From Blepharisma stoltei ATCC 30299 (lineage: Eukaryota > Protista > Ciliophora): 64,000 nt of DNA. Shown piece by piece: positions 52,580-64,000 of this stretch. The DNA lies in the NCBI GenBank assembly GCA_965603825.1, contig CBFDEM010000029.1, positions 248,001-312,000 of the forward strand. Reading direction: 5' to 3'. Within the stretch, counting starts at the first letter, position 1, and each line of letters starts with the position of its first letter. A program made the translations under genes and the position numbers. The notes beneath the pieces are model-generated. The model was not told the DNA's origin and did no database searches. It was given only the letters and a program-made list of their open reading frames with translations.

Positions 52580-53398
52580 ATGAAAATATTGGAAAATCCT
52601 TTGCCATACAATCAAGAAAGCGAAATAGAAACGTCCAAAATTAGCTGATTTTATGATAAGACCTCTGATCTAGTAGAAATTAACATTAAAACTTTCGAGA
52701 AAACCCTTCACAGGCTTTATCTTCCTAAAACTAATATTAACGAAAGTATTTCTATTTGTCAATTGCCAGGTAATAAGCTATTTTGTTATATTAACACGAT
52801 AGGATGGAATGATTTGAGTGGAATGACTTTTATCGTTAATGAAAATTATGAAGTTCAATTTCTCCCTACAGGGACACCAAGCTTGGGATTTTTTGGGACT
52901 TATTACAAAAATTGCGTTTATGTTTTTGGAGGAGAATTTGCCAAGAGATTTAATTTAGATAAGTGAAGATGGGAAAAATTGGTAAAGTTTCCAAGTAGCA
53001 CTCGTTGGTGCTCTTCTACCTTTTTGAATAATATAATTTTGGCTACAGGACGAGATTGGGACAACATATTTGCTTTGGATTTATTGACTTTGTCTTTTTC
53101 TTCATGCCCTGTTTCTTTGATTTTTTATCAAAATAAATTTCTTTGCAATTTTGAAGATTCAGCTTACTTAATTGAATATCCTGGAAAAATTCTTGAAAGT
53201 GGCAAAAATGACCCTTTTGATTGAAATTTTATAGGAAATTTTTTTAGTTCGAAGGAAGAAGGATTTACTGGACGTAAGGCTCTTTATAATAAAGCATGAT
53301 ATTTTTTGACTGGAGATACAGAAATTATAAAATTTGATTTAGAAGAAAAGAATATTCTAAGAATTCATTTACCACTTACATATAAAAGAGGTTTTTAA
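52580..53398 (+). CDS. Kelch-like K8 (272 aa)
   Basis: Intact paralog of K7 (GTYYKNCVYVFGG). Confidence 0.78.
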
Positions 53399-53550
53399 TT
53401 CAAATAAGTATAAAAATAATAAGAATAGTTATGATCGCCTTAATAGCATCATGCTTATACTCAATTTGGCACGTCCGTTGATTGGCGCCGTCACTGGAAT
53501 TTATTTGAGAAAAAATCCATTATTTAATAAATGCAGGAGCAGGGGAAAAA

Positions 53551-54027
53551 ATGTTTTATGCTAAGCGTCGGCACAATAACCCTTTAATTTCTAGGTGCCG
53601 CCATCAATACGCAGAAAGCGTATGCTCAGGCAAACAGCGTAATATTGAAATGGAAGAAGGACAAGCAATCACCTCAGATACTAGCTTCTATGATAAGTGT
53701 AAGGCTTATTTAAATGTTGAGGATCCAGAAAGATATAATTATTATGAGTTTAAAGCATTGATTGAACGTCGTATCAACCGCAGAGGTGATTTCGACTATG
53801 AAATAGGAAGCATATTTCGTACTAATGCAGATTGCTATGAAATACCTGACGAAGAAGATAATCTTTTAACAAATATCACTGCGGCTATTTATATGATTTT
53901 AAAAGAAAAAGAGATATATTTAGGTATAGATGATTTAAAGAATACCGTTTATACATATTTAAGTGAAGCTGCAGGAGTAGAAAGGTCTGAAGACATATGG
54001 ATTTTTCTAGAGAATTATAATTTATAA
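53551..54027 (+). CDS. Orphan acidic helical protein; start uncertain (53431, 53551 or 53650)
   Basis: Open frame with coding-like composition; unrelated to the kelch family. Confidence 0.5.
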   Translation: MFYAKRRHNNPLISRCRHQYAESVCSGKQRNIEMEEGQAITSDTSFYDKCKAYLNVEDPERYNYYEFKALIERRINRRGDFDYEIGSIFRTNADCYEIPDEEDNLLTNITAAIYMILKEKEIYLGIDDLKNTVYTYLSEAAGVERSEDIWIFLENYNL

Positions 54028-54139
54028 CTTGGATAATTTATTATGCCTTTTGCAATTTTTTAAATATACTGATAGACACTAGAACTATTTTAATTATTAT
54101 AAATTTGGAATAGCAAATAAATTATTTGCTTTATAAATA

Positions 54140-54724
54140 ATGACAATCTTGGAACTCCTTTACTTTGCAATCAAAATTATGATTAATTTTATATTTAGCA
54201 TATCTTATATGAATTAAAAGCTGGCATTTGATTACTTTTACTTATTAAAGTATAGAGCCTTCAAGCAAACACAATTAATTTAAATAATCCATTCACCATT
54301 ATTTATGATAGAATCAAAAAGTGAAATCGAAACGTCTAAGATTAGCTGATTTTATGATGATTCTTCAGATCTAGTAGAAATTAATCTAGAAACTTTCGAT
54401 AAAACCATTCACAGATTTCTTCTTCCTGAAAATAATATTGACGAAAGAATTTCTATTTGCCAATTGCCTGATAATAAGCTATTTTGCTATGGGAACACAA
54501 TAGGATGGGCAGATTTGAGTGGAATTACTTTTATTATCAATGAAAATTATGAAGTTCAAGTTCTTCCTACAGGGACACCAAGCCTTGGATGCTTTGGAAC
54601 TTATTATAAAGATTGTGTTTATATTTTTGGATGCGAATTCGTTGAGAGATTTAATCTAATTAACAATGAGATATTTACCCAAGTATTTCTTTGAGAATGG
54701 ATTATTTATCAAATAAAATCATAA
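54140..54724 (+). pseudogene. Kelch-like K9: truncated, with a 143-bp insertion near the start
   Basis: N-terminus is split at AATCAAAA repeats (54169-54176 and 54312-54319); homology ends after ERFNLI. Confidence 0.65.
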
Positions 54725-54746
54725 TCCCTCGATTCTAATAACTAAA

Positions 54747-55586
54747 ATGAAAATACCAGAAAATTTCTTAAGAAAAAGCCAAGAAGAGGAAATTGAAACT
54801 CAAAAGTTTTTTTTACTGATTGAAAATTCATGTAATTTGATTGAAATTAACCTTCTAACTTCAGAAACAAAAGTGACTGATCTATCTATTCCTACAGCTG
54901 GAAATTATGTTTTTGATGGAAGAATTTGTGTATGCCTTTTACCTGAAAACGTTCTATTTTGTTATGGAGGTACCAAAGTATGAGGAGAATTGATTGGCAT
55001 TACTTATTTGATCAATGAAAAGCTTGAAATTCAGATGCTGCCTTCTGGACTGCCAGCTCTTGGGTGTATTGCAAGTTATTATCAAAATTTTGTTTATGTA
55101 TTTGGAACTGCTTTTGCTAGAAAATTTAATTTAAATGAACAAAAATGGGAAAAATTGGTACCGATTCCAGACTTTTATAGATTATGTAGCTGTATTACTT
55201 TTAATGACTTTATTTTGGTTTCTGAATATGATTCCCAAAAAATATTTGTATTGGATTTATTAATTTTTTCATATTCTTGGGTCTCAACAATTATGCTAGA
55301 GCTAAAAAGATCAAAAATCTTTTTCAAACGAGAAAATCTGGCTTATTTAATTGATTTTTCTGGGATAATACTTCAAAGCGGCTTGGATAATCCCTTTGAT
55401 TGGAATACTATTGGGATTTGTGAGTCTTCAAATTATTCAACATATGGATGCAAAGTATTTTACAGGAATAGCTGATATTTTCCTTTGGGACCAAATATTA
55501 TGAAATTTAACTTAAATAAAAATAGAAATTGAAAGCAAGTAATCAACTCTACAAAAGTTTGGAGGAGAATTGATGAATTTTATTAA
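54747..55586 (+). CDS. Kelch-like K10 (279 aa)
   Basis: LPENVLFCYGG, YYQNFVYVFG, AYLIDFSG; intact. Confidence 0.78.
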
Positions 55587-56076
55587 TAAATTAATTATAA
55601 ATAACACCAAAGAATTAATTGTATTTTAATAATATAGATAAATAATTGGAAAGTCTTATAAATTATAACGAATTTGGATGAATATGCCCATCAGAGCATT
55701 TTTTGGTTTATCTTAAACTAATTGTGCTCAGTCAGCTTTGCTATATGCTTTTTATAGAGATTATTTTCATTGAATGGCCTTACCCAATCTGGCAATTATT
55801 TATCAGCATCTGCGAAAGATGCTTCGGATTCTTCAGTATAAAAAAGATTTTGCACAATTGCTATGTGAACAAAAGCCTGCTAAATAGATGCATTTACCTT
55901 ATAGTCCAAGATTCTTCTTATCTTCAAAATCTATTTTCTACGCTTGCTGGCTCATCTAATCTGAATGATTCATGCTTTAGCACAGAAGATGCTGACTCTC
56001 ACTGATACTTTACCATAAAAGCTTATTTTATTTATAATCCTCTAATCAACTATATCATAAAATAAAAAATTAATAA

Positions 56077-56925
56077 ATGAAAATTTTTGAAAATCCTATC
56101 TCAAGTAATCAAAGAAACGACATCGAAGTCTCTAATTTTCATTGATTTTTGTACAATTCTTTTGATCTTACAGAACTTAATCTTGAAACCCAAGAAAAAT
56201 CTTCTCATGAGCTCACCACTCTTAAAGATCATATTGATGAAAGCACTTGTGCATGTCTTTTACCTGATAGCAAGCTTTTTTGTTATGGAGGAACTAATGA
56301 ATGATTGAATTTTATTGATTTCTCTTTTATTATCGATAAAAATTACAACACCCAAATACTTCCTCCAGGAATCCCAAGCCTTGGAAATTTTGCAACTTAT
56401 CACCAGGATTTTATTTATATTTTTGGACCATTTTCTGTTGACAGATTCGATCTTGCTAAACGAAAATGAGAAAAAATAATACAAACTCCAGAATCTTATA
56501 ACTGATGCAGCTGCATTTCTTTCAATGACTATATATTAGTTACGGGGTATGATACCAAAGACATTTTTGCATTAGATTTATTAATTTTTTCATTCTCTTG
56601 GCTTTATTTTACACTAGAACTGCATAGAACAAAAATTTTTTGCAAATCAGAAAGTGAGGTTTATTTAATCGATTTTTCTGGAAAAATATTCCAAAGCGAT
56701 AAAAATAATATTTTTAATTGGAATATCATAGGAGACTGCAAGCCATCAATACTCAAAACACATGGATATAAAGTATCTTATAAGAACTGCTGATATTTTT
56801 CTTTAGGCTCAAAGCTTTTAAAATTTGATTTGGATAAAAAGACCATCAATGACACGACGTTTAAAGTACCACATAGAGTTCATGAGATTAGAGAAGAGCT
56901 GTCATATTCTAAAGTATTTATTTAA
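56077..56925 (+). CDS. Kelch-like K11 (282 aa); real frame absent from the ORF track
   Basis: MKIFENP...LPDSKLFCYGG...IYIFG...VYLIDFSG; five in-frame TGA; TAA at 56923-56925. Confidence 0.78.
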
Positions 56926-57148
56926 TTTTTATATCTAAAGCATAATGGTTTCAATCGGAAAATAGTATAATTAAAATTTAAAACATTTTAAATATTTTAG
57001 TGTTGAAAAAATAATAATGGAATTTTACTAAAGTCTGCATTTTGAATAGATTGAAACATTAGTTTCCTAAAAAATAGCCTTTAAATGAGATAAATTATTA
57101 TTCATGTCTAACTTCAGAGACTTAAAAATAAAAATTATTTAATAAATA

Positions 57149-58146
57149 ATGAAACTTTTTGATAATTTGCTTAGAGACGATCGAGAAGTTGAAAGCTCTA
57201 ATTATCGTTGAATTCGTAGTGATAATGAATTGGATCTTGAATTGAAACTATGGAAAAAGCGTCTTATGAAATTTCTTCTCCTAAAGATCATAATGAATTA
57301 AACACTTGCATATGTTATTTGCCTGGAAACAAATCATTTTGCTATAGAGGCCATTCCAAATCTACCAATCATAATGGCATTGCTTTTATCATTGATGAAG
57401 ATCATAACATCCAAATCATTCCTTCAAAATTGTCAACTTTTGGATATTGCGCAACCTATTACAACAATTTTGTTTATATGTTTGGAGAGTCTTCTCTATA
57501 TCGATATAATTTGATTAATACAAATTGGAAAAATCTAGGAAATATATGCACCTTAGTAAATAGATTTTTCAATAGTTTTTAATTCGATATTTATTTTGGA
57601 ATAAAAATTAACCACTTGATTAGCGAAAAGATTTTTGCGCTAACGAAGTGGGTAGCCAGCTTCACTGCTCTTGCATATCATCAAATAGCATGTTTTAGTT
57701 GCCTTTAGATCTTCCATACTTTAATGACTTATGGAGTTTTTCTTATCTTCATGCCCTCTTAGGCTAGAGCAAGATTGCGCAAAAATTCTTTGCAAAGTTA
57801 ACACTGCTCTTTTAGTTTAAGCAAATAATGGATTTTATTTTTTGAGCAAATCCTCTTTAAATTGGAGCAATTCATGAATTCTTCCCTTTTACAGTGAATG
57901 TGTTAATTGATTTTTCTGGTGCAATATGGGAAAGCGATAAAAGTAATTTTTATATATGAAACATTATAGGTCATTGTAAGCCTTTAAATTTTTACTTATT
58001 CGATTCAGGTGTTTTATAAAAATTGTTGGTATTTCAATATTGATTTTGTGATTATGAAATTTAATTTGGACAAAAACCTGTCAGTAAAACTAGTGGAAGT
58101 ATTTCATATGCGTATGGATCTCTTTGGAACAAGGAATATCCTATAG
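57149..58146 (+). pseudogene. Kelch-like K12 pseudogene
   Basis: Paralog of K13/K14 with frameshifts and two insertions of about 100 nt (about 57558-57663 and 57800-57902). Confidence 0.7.
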
Positions 58147-58649
58147 AATAATCATAGTTTAGTATAAAATTAATTTCTTTTAGAATTTACAAGATTGCAG
58201 TATTATAGAAATTTTTCCATGGTTTACACAAATCCTATAAGAACTGACTGATGATTTTTCTTTAGGCTCAAAACTTTTAAAATTTGATTTGGATAAAAAA
58301 ACCATTAATGATATGATGTTGAATGTACCACATAGAGTTCATAGTTGGAGAAGAGCTGCCATATTCTAAAGTATTTATTTAATTATTATAGCTAAAAATA
58401 TAATGGTTTCAACAGGAAAATATTATGTTTAAAATTTAAAATATTTTAAATATTTTAATATGCTTTATTAGGATAGCTTATATTGCAGCTATGTGAATGT
58501 AATCTGTTGAAAATTTTGTAACTAAATTTAATACTAAAGTCTGCATTTTGAATAAATTGAAACATTAGATTCCTAAAAAATTATCTTTAAACGAGAAAAT
58601 TATAATCCCTGTAACTTCAGAGACTTAAAATAAAAATTATTTATAAACA

Positions 58650-59459
58650 ATGAAACTTTTGGATAATTTGCTAAGAGATAATCAGGAAGTTGAAAGCTCT
58701 AATTTTCGTTGAATTCGTAGTGATAATGAATTGGATCTTGAAGAAATTAATCTTGAAACTATGGAAAAAGCATCTTATGAAATTTCTTCTCCTAAAGATC
58801 ATAATGAATGATGCACTTGCATATGCTCTTTGCCTGGAAACAAATCTTTTTGCTATAGAGGCTATTGCAACTATTCCAATCATGACATTGCTTTTATCAT
58901 TGATGAAGATCATAAAATCCAAATCCTTCCTTCAAAAATGTCAACTGTTGGATATTGCCTAACTTATTACAACAATTATTTTTATATGTTTGGGGATTCT
59001 TCTCTATGTCGATATAATTTGATTAAACAAAGATGGGAAAAATTAACAAGTAATGCTCTCTCAGATGATTACTGCTCTTGTATATCATTAAATGGCATGA
59101 TTTTAGTTGCCTTATATGATTATGCATATATGTTTATATTTGACTTATGGACTTTCTCTTATTCCTCATGCACTCTTGAGCTAGAGCAAGATAGCACAAA
59201 AATTCTTTGTAAATATAACAATGTAGCTTACTTAATTAACTTTTCTGGTCTAATATGGGAAAGCGATGAAAACAACCTTTATATATGAAATATTATTAGT
59301 CCTTGCAACCCTTTATATTTTTATACTTATTCGATTAAAGTATTTTATAAAAATTCTTGGTATTTCAATATGGATTCGGTGATTATGAAATTTAATTTGG
59401 ATAAAAAAGCTGTTAGTAAAACTAGTGGAAGTATTTCATATAAGTATGGATCTAGTTAG
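58650..59459 (+). CDS. Kelch-like K13 (269 aa)
   Basis: LPGNKSFCYRG, YYNNYFYMFG; TAG stop. Confidence 0.75.
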
Positions 59460-60174
59460 AATAAGGAATATCCTATAGAATAATCTAAGTTTAGTATAAA
59501 ATTAATTTCTTTTCTTTAAGATTTTTACAAGATTGCAGTACTATAGAAAATTTTCCATTGCTTAGCACGAATCCTACCCTAAGATAGCTTTATTTGACTT
59601 ATAATAAAGTAGAAAAGCTTAAATAGTACTGGGCTTTTTTTGCTTGCCAAAAGAATCAATCCAATCTTGATTGAGCTGCATTAACAGCCACAATATCTAA
59701 TAAGCTAATTTTTTATTTTTCTATTCTGATTATTAGGAAATTTTTTCTGCTCAGGCAGATATTTGCATATTTATAGCTGAAATTTAATTTTTGTAAAGCT
59801 AATTACTGCCTTGTGCTTTTTAATTACTTACTATTCCATTTGAAATTTACTCATGTTTCTACATTTCAATTTAGAGTATGTTAGTGTGCACCTACCATCG
59901 AAGCACCATGCGCTTTATCTCTAAATTTGCAATGAATTTACATCAGATAGAGCACATTGTGCATCATATAGCTTGGTGCATCAGCAATTTAGAGCTTGTG
60001 AGTGCAACCATTATCTTGCATAATACTCTTTTTATCTAAATTCGTAATGAAATCACATTATAGATGCAGCTCACATTATGCATCATCAAACACAGCACAA
60101 ATAGTTTTAAATTTTAACTTACACTTGATGATAGTTATCGCATCACGTAATTCATCATAAATTATTTACTTATG

Positions 60175-60548
60175 AGCTATATTAGTTACGGGGTATGATA
60201 CCAAAGACACTTTTGTATTAGATTTTTTAATTTTTTCATTCTCTTGGCTTTATTTTAAATTAGAACTACATAGAACAAAAATTTTTGCAAATCAGAAAGT
60301 GAGGCTTATTAATCGATTTTTCTGGAAAAATATTCCAAAGCGATAAAAATAATATTTTTAATTGGAATATCATTGGAAAAACACATGGATATAAAGTATC
60401 TTATAAGAACTGCTGATATTTTTCTTTAGGCTCAAAGCTTTTAAAATTTGATTTGGCTAAAAAGGCTATCAATGACACGATGTTGAAAGTATCACATAGA
60501 GTTCATGAGATTGGAGAAGAGCTGTCACATTCTAAAGTATTTATTTAA
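60175..60548 (+). pseudogene. 3' half of a K11-type kelch gene
   Basis: Near-identical to 56530-56925 with small deletions. Confidence 0.7.
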
Positions 60549-60787
60549 TTTTTATAGCTAAAACATAATGGTTTCAATCGGAAAATAGTATAATTAAAAT
60601 TTAAAGCATTTTAAATATTTTTGATGTTGAAAAAATAATAATGGAATTTTACTAAAGTCTAAATTTTGAATAGATTGAAGCATTAGATGCCTAACAAATA
60701 GCCTTTAAATGAGGCAAATTGTTAAAAAAATCATTTTCCTGTATAATTTCATAAATTTAAAAATAAAAATTATTTAATAAATAAATA

Positions 60788-61618
60788 ATGAAACTTTTGG
60801 ATAATTTGCTCTGAGACGATCAGGAAGTTGAAAGCTCTGATTTTTGTTGAATTCGTAGTGATAAAAAATTTGATCTTGATGAAATTAATCTTGAAACCAT
60901 GAAAAAAGCATCTTATGGAATTTCTTCTCCTACAGATCATAATGAAATAAACACTTGCATATGCTCTTTGCCTGGAAACAAATCATTTTGCTATAGAGGC
61001 CATTCCAGATTTGCCAATCATTATGGCATTGCTTTTATAATTGATGAAGATAATAAAATCCAAATCCTCCCTTCAAAGCTGTCAACTTTTGGATATTGCG
61101 CAACCTATTACAACAATTTTGTTTATATGTTTGGGGAGTCTTCTCTATATCGATATAATTTGATTAAACAAAAATGGAAAAATCTAGGAAATAAATGCAC
61201 CTTAGGTAATTACTGCTCTTGTATATCATTAAATGGCAAGATTTTTGTTGCCTTATATGATCATATACATACATTTATATTTGACTTATGGACTTTTTCT
61301 TATTCGTCATGTCCTCTTAGGCTAGAGCAAGATTGCACAAAGATTCTTTGCAAATATAACAATGTAGCTTACTTAATTGATTTTTCTGGTGCAATATGGG
61401 AAAGCGATAAAAACTATCTTTATATATGAAACATTATAGGTCATTGTGAGCCTCTATATTTTCAAACTTATTCGATTCAAGTATTTTATAAAAATTCTTG
61501 GTATTTCAACATTGATTCGATGATTATGAAATTTAATTTGGATAAAAAAACTGTTAGTAAAACTAGTGGAAGTATTTCATATGCATATGAATCTCGTGGA
61601 ATAAGGAATATCCTATAG
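60788..61618 (+). CDS. Kelch-like K14 (276 aa)
   Basis: Intact paralog of K13; TAG stop. Confidence 0.75.
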
Positions 61619-61755
61619 AATAATCATAGTTTAAGGATAAAATTAATTTCTTTTAGATTTTTACAAGATTACAGTATTATAAAAAATTTTCCATGGCTTA
61701 CACAAATACTTAGCCTAATTTCATAAATTTAAAAATAAAAATTATTTAACAAATA

Positions 61756-62385
61756 ATGAAAATATTGGATAATTTGCTCTGAGACGATCAAGAAGTTGAG
61801 AGTTCTAATTTTTGATGAATTCGTAGTGATAGAAAATTGGATCTTGAAGAAATTAATCTTGAAACCATGGAAAAAACATCTTATGAAATTTCTACTCCTA
61901 AAGATTATAAAGCATTATACACTTGCATATGCTCTTTGCCTGGAAACAAATCATTTTGCTATAGAGGCTTTTGAAATGATTCCAAACATAATGGCATTGC
62001 TTATATCATTGATGAAAATCGTAAAATCCGAATCCTTCCTACAAAAATGTTAAATTTTGGATATTGCGCAACCTGTTAGGTAATTTACTGCTCTTGCATA
62101 TCATTAAATGGCATGATTTTAGTTGCATTATTTGATTATATAGATATATTTATATTTGACTTATGGACTTTTTCTTATTCTTCATGTACTCTTATGATAG
62201 AGCAAGATTGCACAAAAATTCTTTGCAAATATAACAATGTAGCTTACTTATAAGAACTGCTGATATTTTTCTTTAGTCTCAAAACTTTTAAAATTTGATT
62301 TGGATAAAAAGACCATCAATGACATGATTTTGAATATACCACATAAGATTGGAGAAGAGCTGCCATATTCTAAAGCATTTATTTA
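61756..62385 (+). pseudogene. Kelch-like K15: deleted K13/K11 chimera
   Basis: K13-type 5' part with a deletion near 62075, joined near 62250 to a K11-type 3' end. Confidence 0.65.
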
Positions 62386-62498
62386 ATTTTTATAGCTAGA
62401 AATATAATTTAAATGGCGCTATAAGGAGTATTTTCTGGATGAACCAGCAGGTCTAAGGTATTTGAGGTCTTATGCAAGATGCACAGAAACAAAATGGG

Positions 62499-64000
62499 GC
62501 ATGCTGCATTGATACAGGAAGAGATGATACAAGAGATCTTCAGTGCAAGCTTAGTTGATGAAGGATGAATTAATGCATGATGTGCTGGCACAGAGCACTG
62601 TAGACAAGTGGCATTGATACAAGAAAATGAAATGATAAAAGAATTGACAGTGCAAGATGATTCAATACAAATTGTGCTGGCACAGAACGAAGATTGCATG
62701 TGATGTACTAATAAGGGTGAAGCTGTAAGAGTGGCAACTATGCAAGGTATCATTCTGCAAAATGATATTAAGATAAGGTTTAACCTAGATTTCCTTATAA
62801 AGGTTTGGCTAATAGTGATATGTTAAGTTGTTATTGTGGAATGATCTTAGCAATTAATGCAATTATGAAGCAATATATATAATGAAAATTGAAAACTGCT
62901 TTATGAAATGGGACTTATTTATTTATCATGCTATAGATATGCAAGTTAGTATGGAAATGGTCATGAACATTTGATATTGATATTTTGTCTTGGCATGCAC
63001 TGTTTGACTATAAGTGTAATTCTTTGAATTCAAGACATAAGTCATAAATTATATTACATTCTATGTAAACTCGATTAATTTCATATACATGAAATTGTTT
63101 GAATGCTTAGGAAAAGCACATCATGAAGCTCACTATGTTTCACTTGTTTTATGATTTATGGTTCAAAATGTAAACAAGAGTTGAAAAGTGAAATATAAAA
63201 TTTCATATGAAAACAAAATTTAGCATGCTAAAATTATTTCGTGCGCCAAATTGATGCTCAAATATAAGTTTAGTTTGCTAAAAATGTTTGACATGTGAGT
63301 TTTTATTTTCACGTGTCAAAATAATTTGCAATTCTGATCGGGATTCCATATTTAGTAAACAGATTTTCATGGTTTTTAACATTTTGGTAATTTATTATTT
63401 TATGTATGCTCAGCAGATCACATGGGCTCTATTAACGATGCAATCACATGCAACAAATTTTCATAATAATCTTATTTCTGCAAGCACTTGCACAATCAAT
63501 TATTATTATCTCATACTTTTCTAATAGATCAATGCCCTAAAATTAATATAAGCATCACAAATATACTTTTAATATCACATTTGAAAGCATTCAATAGTGC
63601 ATTATATGATCTGTAGGACTACCAAATTTTTTACCAATATTCAGCTGAAATCAATATCAAAGCCATCGTTAAAATCGATTACATTGCATCTTTTTGACAG
63701 AAAAAGAAGCAACCGGCATTTCTCCATAAACGAATACTATAACACTGTTCTATCATATCAGACAAGTGTTTAATACAATAAATGTTCAAATACCGCGAAA
63801 CAATAAGACAACAGCAAATTATTCAAATTTTCGAAAACTGAAGCAATAAGAAGCAATTTTAGATGTATTACAACTCAATTAAGCATTACCAAGTATCTAT
63901 CCACTGTTAGATGAGCTTAACATAAATACTTCATCCTGCCTCAACTAAGTTTGCACTGAAGATCTCTTGTATCACCTCTATCTGTATCAATGCAGTCTGC
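62499..64000. repeat. Inverted repeat pair 62499-62569 / 63930-64000 (63 of 71 identical); probable TIR element running off the window
   Basis: The reverse complement of GCATTGATACAGGAAGAGATGATACAAGAGATCTTCAGTGCAAGCTTAGTTGA matches the window end TCAACTAAGTTTGCACTGAAGATCTCTTGTATCACCTCTATCTGTATCAATGC. Confidence 0.75.

Noticed and set aside
50479-53398. Diversity-generating retroelement (RT between two near-identical variable genes)
   Set aside because: The RT is a broken non-LTR type with its own TSD and tail, and K7/K8 are whole-gene duplicates with differences at all bases rather than an adenine-specific TR/VR pair.
55703-56005. 100-aa ORF between K10 and K11
   Set aside because: Starts at TTG and has no motif; the opposite strand has stops in all frames. 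At most a decayed relic.
33371-62385. CRISPR array or telomeric repeats
   Set aside because: The repeats are gene-sized paralogs; no short regularly spaced repeats or telomere tracts were seen.
62409-62753. Cys-rich 114-aa ORF
   Set aside because: A by-product of TGCA-rich subrepeats in the inverted-repeat arm.
1-64000. Mycoplasma or mitochondrial origin (also UGA=Trp)
   Set aside because: The genes are nuclear eukaryotic (POLD1, CCT4, APC11, IP3R).

Overview
AT-rich, very gene-dense eukaryotic DNA, almost free of introns, in which TGA encodes Trp and TAA/TAG are stops. The supplied ORF track (TGA read as stop) therefore fragments most genes. The code, the 12-30 nt intergenic gaps, one candidate 15-nt GT-AG intron and the gene set (CDPK, cyclic-nucleotide K+ channel, IP3R-type channel) point to a heterotrich ciliate macronuclear genome, probably Blepharisma (inference). 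1-33 kb is a housekeeping block: K+ channel, 7TM-RGS, POLD1, CDPK, R2R3-Myb, PH protein, M6PR/ATG27-like, tRNA-Leu(UAG), aconitase, APC11, CCT4, OSBP, NEK, MTHFS, a tandem array of atypical kinases and an EGF-TM-RING E3. It also contains an unexplained 340-nt GC-rich island (12935-13278). 33-62.4 kb is a birth-and-death array of about 15 kelch-like beta-propeller genes and pseudogenes. The array is split by an 8-kb IP3R-like gene and carries several insertions, including a 5'-truncated non-LTR retrotransposon (13-bp TSD, TAA tail) and a 400-bp insertion whose exact removal restores a gene. The window ends in a probable inverted-repeat element that runs off the edge. All translations and alignments were done by eye; no database searches were run.
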